Below, piece after piece: positions 1 through 13,000 of a stretch of 64,000 bases of DNA. The notes below the pieces were generated by a model. That model had not been told where the DNA came from, searched no databases, and saw only the letters and a program-made list of their open reading frames with translations. Each line of letters opens with the position of its first letter. The stretch's first letter is position 1. This stretch comes from Rhynchobatus australiae (taxonomy: Eukaryota): contig JAUZTB010000118.1 of NCBI GenBank assembly GCA_034780895.1, positions 72,490,670 through 72,554,669 on the forward strand, written 5' to 3'. The position numbers and the translations under genes were made by a program.

Positions 1-29
1 CCCTATATATTGGGCTTCCCCTTTTCCTA

Positions 30-125
30 TCTTCAGTTCTGACCCAAAACATTGACCATCTGTTTTTTTCTCCACAGATGCTGCTTGTCCTGCTGAGTTC
101 CTCCAGCATCTTGTTTTTTCGTTGA
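30..125 (+). mobile_element. Penelope-type terminal-repeat fragment
   Basis: gacccaaaacattgac...ccacagatgctgcttgtcctgctgagttcctccagcat, the same family as 12888, 19431 and 29393. Confidence 0.65.
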
Positions 126-560
126 ATTTTCTAGTTCTATTTCCCCCTGCAGCAGTTGAAGTGCATGGAATCCTGTTCCTGTGTGGGTCCAAACTAACAC
201 AGGGCCGATGTAAGTGCTAGGGGACTGAGATAAGTCCATATGCCAGCATGGTTTAACACACACCAGAGCACATTCAGCAAATCCCAAAGATTTGCCAAGA
301 CTCCTGTGTTAACATGGAATTCCAAATGGTGGAATTTACATGAAGAAATATTGGGAAATCATTGTGGAATTAGTTATTTTGGGAGCAGTACCATAGTACA
401 TAGCCTCCTTTCACCTGCTGTAGCCTTTGACTTGATTAATTGAGAGGGACTGTAGTGCCACAATGTTGAGCAAAGAGCAAAGAGCAAGCTCACGGAGAAC
501 CCAAATGCAGCACACTGGTACAGGACTGGAGTCAGGATACTTCCTCAGAACCAAACACCA

Positions 561-849
561 GCAGCAACTGGAAGGAATCTTGCCTCAGAGATCTGAGTAG
601 GAATCCCAACATGAACTGAATCTTCAAACAGGAATAAAGAACACGGAACTGCTCTAGAGTAGACCACTCTAAGCAGCCAGGAGCCAATGTATACCCAAAG
701 GTTGACCGATATTCTGGCAACTAGTGCTAGAGAAACCCATGGGGCTCAGGTGTGTGTCATTATACAATCAGTCCAGCATGGAATCCATGTGCTGTACAAC
801 AAGGCATCTACGGAGCCAAATCAAGGGCCAGTACTCAGAACCATGACAC
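561..849 (+). mobile_element. LTR-like repeat, 3' part (copy 1)
   Basis: Direct repeat of 1684-1966 (gcagcaactggaaggaatcttgcctcag...ccatgaca). Confidence 0.65.
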
Positions 850-879
850 ATGCAATATCAGCTGGGAAACAACAAACCC

Positions 880-1410
880 CCTGGAGCAGATGATATTCTG
901 GCTGATGTACTCTAACTTGGCAGAGACAAACTTCTGGCACAAATTCACAGCCTCAACTCCCACAGCTGGGAAGAGGAGACCATGCCAGGGGACCGCAAAG
1001 ATATTATTATCATGGTCATCTTCAGGAAAGAAGACAAATCCACTTGCAGCACCCAGAGGGCTCTTCCTACTATCAGCACAGGGAAAGTCATCTCCTGGTT
1101 CTCCTCAACCCCCTGTTCACTTGGCCAGAGACTCCTCCCTAGGTCACATTGTGGACTGTATTCATCATGAGGTAAAATGGACATGATTATCACTGTGTGA
1201 TAATCCAAGATAATGTGGAGAGTAGTAACAACCACACATTGCTTTTGACTTTGTCAAACAATAGAAATAATGGAAAATCCTTCTCAAATTTGGCTGCAGT
1301 CATACAAATTCATTTCCACTGTTCGTCTACTACTTGATTACCTAGAAGTCACAATTTTAACCAATGAGTCTACCATCCAAACCCAGCACAACTGAGGTCA
1401 AGGAAGGCCA
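880..1410 (+). mobile_element. Degenerate RTE-clade LINE fragment
   Basis: The 1280-1410 segment (ctcaaatttggctgc...ggtcaaggaaggc) is homologous to the RTE reverse-transcriptase region at 1975-2115. Confidence 0.55.
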
Positions 1411-1412
1411 TG

Positions 1413-1966
1413 TGTTACGGACTAGGACTATTAGTGAGTGTCCCTTTTAGATAGAGTGTGTGTGTGTGTGTGTGCAGCGTGCTTATGTCAACAGAAGATA
1501 AAGAATGTCATGACGTTCTTGTTGAAACAACCAGTCGGAGTCAGTCTGAAGGAGAGAGAGGAGACAAAGACACAAGAATGAGANNNNNNNNNNNNNNNNN
1601 NNNNNNNNNNNNNNNNNNNNNNNNNNNNNNNNNNNNNNNNNNNNNNNNNNNNNNNNNNNNNNNNNNNNNNNNNNNNNNNNNNNGCAGCAACTGGAAGGAA
1701 TCTTGCCTCAGGGATCTGAGGAGGAATCCCAACATGAACTGGATATCCAAAGAGGAACAGAGAACACAGGACTGCTCCAGAGTAGACCACTCTAAGCAGC
1801 CAGAAGCCAAAGTATACCCAAAGGTTGATCAATACTCTGGCAACTAGTGCTCGATGGGGCTCAGGTGTGTGTCGTTATGTAATCAGCCAAGCATGGAATC
1901 CATGTGCTGTACAGCAAGGCATCATCAAAGGAGCCAAATTTAGGGCCAGTACTTGGGACCATGACA
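1413..1966 (+). mobile_element. LTR-like repeat (copy 2, spans a gap), termini TGTTACGG...CCATGACA
   Basis: TG...CA ends with an imperfect 8-bp inverted repeat. The 3' half repeats 561-849 and the 5' end recurs at 32772. Confidence 0.6.
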
Positions 1967-1974
1967 TGTAGAAC

Positions 1975-3195
1975 ACCCTCCTCAAATTGAGCTGCCCAAT
2001 GAAATTTGTTTCCAGCTTACATTTGCACCATGATGGGATGCAAGCCATCATACCAATAAACAGGTCTACAATAGAACTAATCTCTGTAAAACCTGGTGTT
2101 AAAAAGGATTGTGTTAGCCCAACACTTTTCCCAATTTTTCTCACTGCAATATGCCACCTCACCTCCAACAAACTTTCCATGGGAGTAGAACTAATCTTCA
2201 GAATTAATGTGAAACCGTTCAATCCATGGGTCTACACTCCATAGCAAAGGTCACCTGAACTCCAGTAGTTGAGCTGCACTTGGAGTGTGTTTACGCACAT
2301 TTTTGAGGTTGAGCTCCAAGATATCATTGACTTATTTATCGAAGCAGACAAGAACATGGGCCTTGCACTCAGCACCTCCAAGGCCAAGGTTGTCTAGCAA
2401 CCTACACTTGCTGCACCACCTTGCCCTCTGACAATAAAGGATCACAGCGAGACCATGGAAAACATGGACCACTTCCCATATTTCAGGAGCACCTTCTCTG
2501 CAAAATTTGCCACTGTATTCAGTACAGCAGCAGTCTTTATTTGGTTGAGAAAAATGGTATTTGAAGATTAAGACTTCAGACAAAGCTTATGGGCTACCAG
2601 GCAAATGTGATCATTTACCCTCCTGTATGCTTCTGAGACCTGAACCTCCTACAGCAGGCAGTGCAAGTCACTGAAAAAAACCCAAGAACACTGTATTCAC
2701 AAAACTCTCCAAATTCACCAAAATGACAAGCAAATCAATGTCAGTCCCTCTCCCAGGGCTAACATCCCCCCACACTGAGGCTCTGGTCACTCTCCATTGA
2801 GTATGTTGGGCAGGCTTAAAACGAGACTTCCAAAATGTACACTGTATTCTGAGCTCTGTTGTGGGAAAAGATTACCAAGTGGACAACGAGCAAGATTCAA
2901 GGAGCTGCTCAAAGCTTCCAGAACAAATGCAACATTCCCACGGATTCCTGGGCTTGGCTGTGACCACTCAAAATGGAGGAGGAGCAATCTGATGGCACTG
3001 AGAACCTTGTTTCCCTGCCTTGGGAGTACACAGTAGCCCTGTGTAAAGAATAGAAAGAACACATCAACACACAAACCACCCATCCACCTGCCTCGTCTGT
3101 GGAAGATTTTCCACATTGTCCTCACTACCCACCTCAGAATATCCAAAACCAAAGTGGAAGCATATCATTCATGAGCTCGATGGACTATCTAGAAG
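1975..3195 (+). mobile_element. RTE-clade LINE, decayed RT through C-terminus
   Basis: Peptides GVKKDCVSPTLFPIF..GVELIFR and RLPKCTLYSELCCGKR..GQRARFKELLKAS..DHSKWRR resemble RTE ORF motifs; many frameshifts. Confidence 0.8.
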
Positions 3196-4101
3196 GACTG
3201 TCACCTTCCAGCAAGTTCCTGCCCTATTAATAATCTGAACATATAGAAAATTGTGAAAATGTCTGATTTTGGAGCATATAGTTAATACAATTTTTTTCTG
3301 GAAAATTGTCCGATATGTGAATTTATACAATTAACATGAGGGTGACTGTGAAGCAATATTTGCTCAAAGAACCCTCAACATGGAATAATAGTAAATGTGG
3401 AAATGAATGATGATCCTGCAATCCACATACACTGCCGTTCAAAGGACTTAATAGAATCTTAATAGCAAATTCCTGGAGCTCTGAGCAGAAAGATGTCAGC
3501 TTCTTTTATTCATTTGTCTGTTTCTTTTATCCATGTGTCTCCTACAGTAAACAAATTTACTGCACCAGTAACATCATCCAATTAGATTCTAATGTATGTA
3601 TTACTGCATAAGATAAACCTCCAGTTTCAATATTTATTTTCAGTCAGGTGGACATTTGAAACCTGGGAAAATCTTTAATCAAGTTTACGATTAACTAAAA
3701 CAAAATACTGAGATATCTGTAAAATTTTATTTGCATCAAAACTCTGCCTGGGACACAGGATATGGTGGATTTTTGGTATGTTACTGTACTGCTAATCTGC
3801 AGACATTGCAAATGCATGACAACATTGCAGTATGCGTTCAAGCTTTTTTTGTTTTCTATCATCTGGCATGTCATTACTCAGTATTTTGTTCAGTTACAAC
3901 ACTGGCATCTGCCTGATAACATGGAAAATTGCCCAGGTATGAAATGCAGGGCAAATCCAATCCAGCTAATTACCATCCACTCTAATCTCAACAAAGTGAT
4001 GGAAACTGTTGTCAATGGTGCAATCAAGTGACACTTATTAACTAATAATCTACTCATCAATATGCAGTTAGATTTTTGCTAGGATTACTCAACTCCAGAC
4101 T

Positions 4102-4248
4102 AAAACTGAAAATGCTGGAAACACTCAGCAGATCAGGCAGTATCTGCGGAAGGAGACAGAGTTAACGTATCTGCTCCTGACACATTAACTGTTTCACCTT
4201 CTACAGATGGTACCTGACCCGCTGAGTGTCTCCATCATTTTCTGTTTT
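4102..4248. repeat. Inverted-repeat (hairpin) element built from two head-to-head Penelope terminal-repeat halves
   Basis: Left arm gaaaatgctggaaacactcagcagatcaggcagtatctg; reverse complement of the right arm gaaaatgatggagacactcagcgggtcaggtaccatctg. Arms ~65 bp, loop ~20 nt. Confidence 0.8.
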
Positions 4249-4564
4249 TGTTTCAGACTTCCAGCAACTGCAGTTTTTTACATTCTATTTTACTCAGTTC
4301 CAGACCTCATCACACCCTTGGTCCAAACATGGATGAAAGAGCTGAATTTCAGAGATGAAGTGAAAGTGACTAGCCTTGACATCATGGCAGCATTTGACTG
4401 AATGTGACATTAAAGTGCCTTGGGTAAAGATGATCAGTGAGCAAAGGGAAAACAGTCCAGGGGTTGGAGTCGTACTTCACACAAAAGATGGTGTGGTTGT
4501 CAGACATCAATCACCCCAGTCTCAGGACATTACTGCAGGAGGTCCTCAGGGCAGCTCCAAGGTA

Positions 4565-5120
4565 CAATCATCTTCAGCGCCAGAAACCAGGGTTCAAACC
4601 TGATCTTGAGTGTTGTCTGTGTGGAGTTTGCACATTCTCCCTGTAACCACCTGGGTTTTTTAAGGTGATTGGAGGAAGATATAAGGGGGATGTCAGGGGT
4701 AAGTTTTTGATTTACACAGAGAGTGGTGGCTGCATGGAATGCACTGCCAGCAGAGGCTGTGGGGGCAGATACATTAGGGACATTTAAGAGACTCAGACAG
4801 ACACATGAAGGATTGAGAAATGGGGGGCTATGTGGGAGGGAAGAGTTAGATAGATCTTAGAGCAGGATAAAATGTTGGCATAACATTGTGGGCCAAAGGG
4901 CCTGTGCTGTAATGTTCTATGATCTCCAAATGCTCCAGTTTCCTCCCATATCCCAACGATATGTGAGTTGGTGGATTGATTGACCAATGTAAATTGCCCC
5001 AAGTGTGTTGGTGAGTGGTAGAATCTGAGGGGAGTTGATGAGAATGTGGGGTGAATAAAAAATGGGATTAATGTAAAATCGATGTCAATGAGCATTTGAT
5101 GTCTGATGCAGACTATGTGC
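4565..5120 (+). mobile_element. V-SINE (HE1-like) interrupted by a CR1 3' fragment
   Basis: V-domain gtctgtgtggagtttgcacattctccctg at ~4615 resumes as tgctccagtttcctcccatatccc at ~4930; B-box-like gggttcaaacc. Confidence 0.75.
4658..4920 (+). mobile_element. CR1 LINE 3' end
   Basis: tttaaggtgattgg...acacagagagtggtgg..tggaatgcactgccag...gggccaaagggcctgtgctgt. Confidence 0.85.
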
Positions 5121-5329
5121 TGCTTCTTCATTGACCTTCCTTCCTTTATGAAGTTAGGAGCAGGGATGTTCATGGAAGATTACATAAGAACTAGATATCA
5201 TTTGGTCATGGACTGATAAGTGGCAAGTAACATTTGTTCCACAGAAGTGCTGGGCAATATCCATTTCCAACAAGAGAAAGTCTAACCACCTGCCCTTGGC
5301 ATTCAATGGTACAACCATTGCCATCAAGT

Positions 5330-5760
5330 CTAGATTGGAGTGCGTTAGCTATAAACTTGAACAAGCTTGGATTGTTTTCTCTGGGGTGCCAGATGCTAAG
5401 GGACAACCTGTTAGAAGTATGTAAAATTATGAGAGGCATAGATGAAGTACACAGAGTCTTTATCTTAGGGTAGAAGTGTCAAATACAAGGTGGCATAGGT
5501 TGAAGGTGAGATGGGGGAAAGTTTGAAGGAGATTTGAGAGAATGATAGGTGGCTGTCACACACTGCGTGGGGAGGTGGTAAAAGCAGATGTTCTAGCAAT
5601 GCTTAAGAAATACTTACACACATGAACAAGCAGAGAATAAAAGGGATACAGGTCATGTGCAGGCAGACGGGATTAGTTTAGATTAGCATCGTGGTTGGCA
5701 CACACATGGTTGGTCGAAGGGCCTGTTCCTGTGCTGCACTGTACTGTGCTTTACTGTTCT
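5330..5760 (+). mobile_element. CR1 LINE 3' end
   Basis: LNKLGLFSL..LRDNLLEVCKIMRGID plus CR1 3' UTR ending gaagggcctgttcctgtgctg. Confidence 0.85.
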
Positions 5761-6053
5761 AAATCCCTGATAATCAATATTCTGGAGGTCAACATGGACA
5801 AAGTACTCAACTCAACCAACCATAAATATATTCCTACAAGAACAGGTCAGAGGCTGGGTATCCTGTAGCAAGTGATTCATCTCCTGACATGTCAAGGCCT
5901 TTACACGATCCACAAGGAAAAAGTCAGGAGACTTGATACTTGATTTCCTATTANNNNNNNNNNNNNNNNNNNNNNNNNNNNNNNNNNNNNNNNNNNNNNN
6001 NNNNNNNNNNNNNNNNNNNNNNNNNNNNNNNNNNNNNNNNNNNNNNNNNNNNN

Positions 6054-6510
6054 AGAGGAGATTTACTAGAATGTTGCCGGGTCTTCAGGAGTTGAGTTAC
6101 AGGGAAAGATTGAACAGGTTAGGACTTTATACCTTGGAGTGCAGAAGAATGAGGGGAGATTTGATAGAGATTTACAAAATTATGAGGGGTATAGGCAGAG
6201 TTAATGTGAATAGGCTCTTTCCAACCAGATTAGGAGAGATAAGTATGAGAGGACATGGCTTTAGGGTGAAAGGGGAAAGGTATGGGAGAAGATTAGGGGG
6301 ACCTTCTTCACTCAAAGAGTGGTGGGAGTATGGAGTGGGCTGCCATCTGATGTAGTAAATGCTCACTCTTGAGTTTTAAGAATAAATTGGATAGATACAT
6401 GGACGGGAGAGGTCAGGACTGGGTGCAGGTAAATGGGACTAGTGGAATAACGTTTTGGCACAGACCAGAAGGGCCGAATGGCCCGTTTTCTGTGCCGTAG
6501 TGTTCTATGG
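6054..6510 (+). mobile_element. CR1 LINE 3' end
   Basis: RRFTRMLPGLQELSYRERLNRLGLYTLECRRMRGDLIEIYKIMRG. Confidence 0.9.
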
Positions 6511-7844
6511 TGGATCACACTCCACTTGCCTGGATAAGTCAGCTCCAATAGCTTTCAAGATGCTGGACCCCACCCAGGACAAAGCAGCCCACTTGAATGG
6601 CACTCCATCAATACCCCTAAACAATTGTTCACTTCACCACTATGCATAGTAGCTGTGGTGTGTATTATCTGTGTTTTGCAGTTACTTGTCCAGGCTCCTC
6701 TGACAGTACCTTGCAAAGCTGCAACCTCTATCACTAAGAAGGACTGGGGCAGCGGCACATAGGAACACCACTACCTGTAGATTCACTCCAAATCATGCAC
6801 CATCCTGACTTGGTCTTTTATAATCACCAGGCCTAAATATTGGAACTTGCTGCACAATAACCCCTTCACTGCCTTCTACTTTCACTGGAAGGACTGCAGA
6901 AGTTCACCATCTTCTTAAGGGCAATGCAGGTAGGCAATCAATCAAAGGGCCTTACCAGTGACGAGCATATCCTGTAACAGGGGAACATCACCAGGGAACT
7001 GCACAAAAGCTCAGGTGAATTAAAAGAAATTTCTTTCAACAGAGATTGGTGAGAATGTTCAACTGACTCCCACAGGGCAAAGTTGTGGTGAAAGGTACTT
7101 CAGAGGATGCTGGTGTGCACAGAAGGAAATAGTGAGTGATGCTGCTGGGGAGAGGTAGGAAAGGCTGGGAAGATGTTGGAGTGGGGCATGATGCATCAGG
7201 GATTGTTTGGCCAGTCTCTGTCCCTGATTTCTGTGTAATCTGAGTAATAATGAAGTGTTGTGCTTGGAATAGTTCTCCTTGTCTCACCAAATTTAATGCT
7301 GTTCCTGATGTGCAGAAAAATACCCTGGAAATATAATGATGGTAGTATTCAAATGTGAATGTTGCAAATAAAGTCTGAATCATGGCCATTTGGAGATTGC
7401 AATTCTGTAGTAAGGAACTAAGTTGTCCATACTCATCTTTTATCCTTCAGATTCACATAACCAAACCATGGTACTAACCCTTCATCTCTTAATTTCACCA
7501 CTACTAGCCCTGATTCCCCAGATCTGCCCTAGTCCTGATCCTACAATCGCCTGAGGTTTCAACCATTCCCTTCTCACTGATCCTGCCCCTGGTCATGTTA
7601 ATTACTCCAGTATTTTCACTGGAAGAACTGCACTGGTCAAGAAATGGCTCATCACCACTTTCTCAGGAACAAGTAAGGATGGTCAACAAATGATGGCCTT
7701 GTCAGCAACACCTACATGCAGAAAATTAATTTTAAAAAAGTTGGGGCAAGACTACATACCAATTGCTTTGTAATTATGAACATAAACATTACATGGAAGA
7801 TTTAAATGAACTTAGTAAGGGTTTACTTCCAATTTTATTGCAGT

Positions 7845-8037
7845 TGACCAGAAAAAAGCATTCTGATTGTTTGTATCATAGCCTGGTATGGAAACTCCAA
7901 TGCACATGAACACAAGGTGCTACAGAGAATGGTGGACTCAGCCAGTTCTATCAGGAATACAGATCTCCCCCTACCCCATCAAGGACATCTACAAGAGGCA
8001 ATGTCTCAGGACAGCAACATCCATCATTAAGGACCCC
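7845..8037 (+). mobile_element. Rex1/Babar-like LINE C-terminal fragment
   Basis: WYGNSNAHEHKVLQRMV..IKDIYKRQCLRTATSIIKDP. Confidence 0.7.
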
Positions 8038-10529
8038 NNNNNNNNNNNNNNNNNNNNNNNNNNNNNNNNNNNNNNNNNNNNNNNNNNNNNNNNNNNNNNN
8101 NNNNNNNNNNNNNNNNNNNNNNNNNNNNNNNNNNNNNNNNNNNNNNNNNNNNNNNNNNNNNNNNNNNNNNNNNNNNNNNNNNNNNNNNNNNNNNNNNNNN
8201 NNNNNNNNNNNNNNNNNNNNNNNNNNNNNNNNNNNNNNNNNNNNNNNNNNNNNNNNNNNNNNAAACTTATGTTAATTTAAGTCTATGTTTGTCATGTTTG
8301 TAATGTACTGTGCTGCTGCTACAGAAAGGTAAATTTCATGCATTATACCCTGGGTATGTATGCCTATGACTATCTATTTTGTAAACTTTTTGACTACTGA
8401 GTTGTAATCAATATGTGATTGATAACTCAGCAGAATTATTACAGCATTCATCAAAAGATCCAAGAGCTTTGTGTTTATATTTCTAGCTATACAAACAAGT
8501 CCTTCTTTAGTGGGGGTAGTGCTTCATCAACAATGATGCATATTCTGGGTGATCTATTTTGAATCTCATCACATATTTCAGATCAGTGATGCATTTTGTG
8601 GCGTTGTCTTTTCTGCATTCAAAAGAATGGACATTCAGATTGTTGCTTCATTACTTTTCAATCTACTGAAGGTTGTCTGGATTAGGCAGTGTTGTACTTA
8701 CAAGAAGTACATCTTTCACATTAAGGTATACAATAATTCAAGAGAACAAGCAATCTATTCCCAGTGAAATATAGGAGTCAACATTAACTCTTCAACCACC
8801 TTCTCCCACTTTCAAACCCTACCATGACAGAAAAAGATTGGTTCGGGGGAAAAATGTAAAATTAGACACACACATCCCATCCAGCTGTGTAAATGCCTGT
8901 CTCCCTATCTACAGTGATAGACTGCCTGACATGTCTGCAACTTCTCTTGAAGAGTTGGAACACTCCAATGTAATATTTATGCCAGGTTGCTACACTGCTG
9001 TTGAGAACTTGATATAAATTTAATAGCTGATAGTCAGGATTTCCAGGGCTCATGAAACACAGCAGCTAAATGGATATAGAGCAGGCTGCTGCAGAGATTA
9101 AATGCTACAGCACTAGTTGTGAGCCAGGAGAAAACTGCTCTCCCTAATCCCTCAAGTAGACTTTCATTGCTGACACCAAACTTGCAAAAGCCTTCCACCC
9201 TATGATCTTCTGATACTGCAGCCCAACTCATAATCCTGTGTCGCCTCTTCTGCAATCTGCCAGGACTTCCTCAAACCTGTGATCTTTCCCCCTCACACTT
9301 TTGCTGCTATTTTCCGCCTTCAATACAAAATGCTGCAGGTCACATTTATTTGCATAGGTCTAGTGGCTCATTTCACTTGTTGCAGCAGTGTACTTAGATA
9401 ATTTAAACTAATTTACTATTCAAAAGGCTTAACCTACTCCCAGCTCAGTTAAGAACTTGCAGCATTAGCAGTTTGATGGCTCATTTACATATTAATGCTG
9501 AAAAATTAGCTAAAGTCTGCTTTTGACCAATAGTCTGGGTATAGACATAATATAAAACCCTCAACTATAATTGTGTCTATTACATCCATTATGTGTGTGG
9601 TTGGTACAGAGTCAATAAATGATGATGTTAAACTCTCTCACACCATTTAGAGAACAAACTGAAATGAAACTCAGCTGTTCATTTGAATATTAATTGCACC
9701 AACACGTTTCATATTTAGCCTTAGTTCTCCATTCCCAACGTGCTAAATTTCCCATCCTGAACTTAATCCTTTCCAGCTTTAACATCAGCCTTTCAGGCTT
9801 AACCCTAAAAACTACAAAATAGGCAAACTTCCATATGCACACCTATTCCAGTTACTCCATTATACCTTACAATACCTTCCCCACCAGTTCCTTAGGATAT
9901 ATCCCTCTTTTCTTAACCACGGCTTCCCCTCCTGTATAGTTGACCAGACTTAGAACAGTGTCAGTTGCATTTCTGCACTTTTGCTCTTGCCCCTTCCACC
10001 TATCAGACGAAGCATAAGGCTCTCCTCAGTTCATCTTCCACTTTCAAAGGGGCATCCTCTGTAATTTGCACTATCTGCAACACAATGACACCACCAAGCA
10101 CATCTTGCCCTCCACTTCACTTTGAGCATTGACTGAATCCTTGCCCCTGAACTCCTCTGCCTTGGGCCATTTCTCCTCATTTTAAAACCTACCACAGAGA
10201 CAATTCTGCTGGCCACTTGCTCTGCAATCAGAATTAATTCATAATTGTGAAGCATTGTCGTATATTTTACTATCTTAAGGATACAATTACTGAATACCAG
10301 ATGCCTTTAAAATATCTATGAAACTGGAATGATACAGCTTACAATAGTCACTTTGGGAAGTGACAAAAGGCAACTAATTGATCCCTCCAGACAGACAAAG
10401 ATCAAGTTTCTGGACAGTGTGCCAACAAATTTTGAAATATTAGATAGGCATTTGCTTCAAAACCACCTCAAGACATTTCATTCATACTCCAAACAACTTA
10501 ACAGTCACTTTCTTGCAGAATAATGAAGC

Positions 10530-10990
10530 CTGGTAACATGGTGTCCCTCAGTTGGAAGAACAGGATTAAGTGGAAGATGTGAGGAATGGGACAATTTTGC
10601 ATCACAAATAAAAGAAAGAAATTTAAAGCCCACACAGAGGTTGTCCACACAGGATGGTTGACTCTGTCATGGGGAAAAAAAGCATTATTTTAAATAAAAG
10701 GATTGACAAAAGCAGGTAGAAAATTATCTCTGAGGAGGACACAGATGTCTGCTTAGTTCACTGGGCAAGAAGATGGCAGTCATATCAAGTCAGAATAAGT
10801 GTAAATGTGACATCATGTACTTTTGTAGAAAGACTTTAAAAAAAAGAACATTTTTTTTAAACAATGAGAAACAAGTAAATGTTACTTAGAGGGAGCTTAT
10901 TTACAAGACATAAAAAAGTAAGATTCAGATGCTAACAATTAGGAAGGTAAATTATATGTTGGCCTTTATCACAAGGGGTTGAAATATAAA
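10530..10990 (+). mobile_element. Highly degenerate CR1 fragment
   Basis: Residual ctgggcaagaagatggcag..taagtgt and ggaaggtaaattatatgttggcctttatcacaagggg motifs. Confidence 0.5.
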
Positions 10991-11333
10991 ATTGGCGGGC
11001 TAAGGATTGTGCACAAAACAATCCAATAAAAACAAAAGATGAAAGGATATTCTAAACCAAGGACTTCATTCGTGTTGTACAGATTATTGGAAGCTGCTAT
11101 TGAGATAGAGTCTGTGGGAGGGGTGTATTGTGTCCAAGCCTCAAATCAGTAAGTGAATTAACTGAGGCAGTTTCCCAGCACCAGATGGGGTCCTGCTCAG
11201 GCAGACTCCCACCAGCACCCCCACCTCCCTTTGGAAATGATGAAGCAAGCCTCACAGGCAATGAGACGGCTGTTTCAGCACAAGTGATCCACAAATACTG
11301 TGGACCATACATTCATAAATGGAACATAAAATC

Positions 11334-11424
11334 GGAATGCTGAAAGAGCTCAACGGGTCAAGCAACATCTGTGGAGGCAAAAAGTATAAGTCAATGTTTC
11401 AGGTCAAGACACTGCATCAGGAGT
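11334..11424 (-). mobile_element. Penelope-type terminal repeat with decayed hammerhead motif
   Basis: Reverse complement CTGATGCAGTGTCTTGACCTGAAACATTGAC...ccacagatgttgcttgacccgttgag. Confidence 0.65.
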
Positions 11425-12887
11425 ATAAATCCATAAATGCAAGATAATTAGGTCCAGGCAGGTGCTACACATTGTTGGACACCACAGTACTTATCCAGGC
11501 TCCTCTATACACAGAAGAGCAGGGCATAAAATCAAACAACCCATGAGATAAGTCCCTAGTTGTCAATTATGTGTTATTTTTCTTTGAAATTAAATCAGAG
11601 AGGGCACAAATTGTTGCAACAAAATAATTAAATCTCTCAGCACATTTTTTTTCCATGCTTCTAACGAAGAAGTTCCTCGTTACATTATAGTTCTTTTTTA
11701 CTTTCAATTTCCATGTTTCAGTTTACAGAGCAAAACTTCCAACAAAGTCATTGGAGTTGTGCATCCCTGTTAGACAAGACTCTATGCCAGAAGCACAATT
11801 TCATACATTACCTCTGTGCAGTCTCAATCCTGATGATTTTTTTAATTAGATGGATTATAATGTTGATGCCATTTGCACAGTATTGAATGGCAAATTTGGC
11901 TAAAAATGAAGCAGCTCATTTGCATCTCTAAATATTTATTACTTTCCATACTGGATATTTCATGGTATTTCAAAAGATTACATTAACCAAAAAGGTTTTT
12001 ACTGAAGCTCTAGAAATTTCAAAATAACACACTAAGAATGTTTATCAGTTGCTATAAATCATTAAAGCTGCTTTAACCTTATGCTGACATTTCTATTCAA
12101 TCTTTTCTTTTCATTCTTTGAACTGCAATTAAGAGACCTTTGGATTTTCTTTTCATCAGAAAATTGGATAAAAGGAAACCATAGTAGCCTTTAAGTATGA
12201 AAAAGTTCTATGGCTTTTAACATTTAAGTGAGAGAATTGACATGAGAAAGATCAAACACAGGACAAAAACACTGTGATGTGGCAATTATATGTGTTCTTT
12301 TATTTCAATTAACTGTACCAAGGATTTTTGATGCATATACAATTCCCAGTCCCAAGCTAACAGAAAGGTTCTGCTCATTTGTGAATAACACTTAGGGATT
12401 TCCAGCTTTGTCCAAATGATCCTGGTCATTTGCTAATATTCTGTGAGAGAATTTAGGATGGAATACGATGGATTAATGTTGCTGTACTCTTTTATAGAAT
12501 TACAAAATGATCAAGCATTTTACCCACATAATGACCAAAGTCATCCATTTGAGAATGATACGTCATGCTCTTCAGTGACATGATATGCAAGTGCATTGTA
12601 CTTCATATCCAACATAAAATATAACTTATATTTGTGGAAGTCATTTTTCAAATCCAGAGGTTGGTGGTATTGAGCAATAAGNNNNNNNNNNCCAGAGGGT
12701 TATGGAAAATAACATTTTTAAAGCTCATGAGTTTAATATTTATATGTAATTAACAGGAATTTCATGTGTGTTATAAGTCACCACAAATTACAAGATTTTC
12801 TGTGTCACTCTGCCATTACCCTTTTAACAAAAATAGAACAAGCTACTAACCTCCCAGTGAATTTCACAAAATAGTTACATTCACTAT

Positions 12888-13000
12888 CAGTCCAGATGAA
12901 GGGTCTTGACCAAAAACATTGACTGTCTTTTTTCCCTCAACAGATGCTGCCTGACCTGCTGAGTTCCTCCAGCAATTTGTTTTTCAGTCCAGATTCCAAC
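12888..13000 (+). mobile_element. Penelope-type terminal repeat with decayed hammerhead motif
   Basis: CAGTC CAGATGA AGGGTC TT GACCA AAAA CATT GACTG then cagatgctgcctgacctgctgagttcctccagca. Confidence 0.7.

Larger units (their letters stand above)
3880..6970 (+). mobile_element. Old CR1/L2-like LINE split by nested insertions
   Basis: RT motifs (SLDIMAAFD, AGGPQGS) at ~3880-4560, resuming at ~5125-5325, 5765-5935 and 6515-6970. Confidence 0.65.

Noticed and set aside
561-1966. Full-length LTR retrotransposon between the two direct repeats
   Set aside because: The interior is only ~560 bp of RTE LINE sequence with no gag/pol, PBS or target-site duplication.
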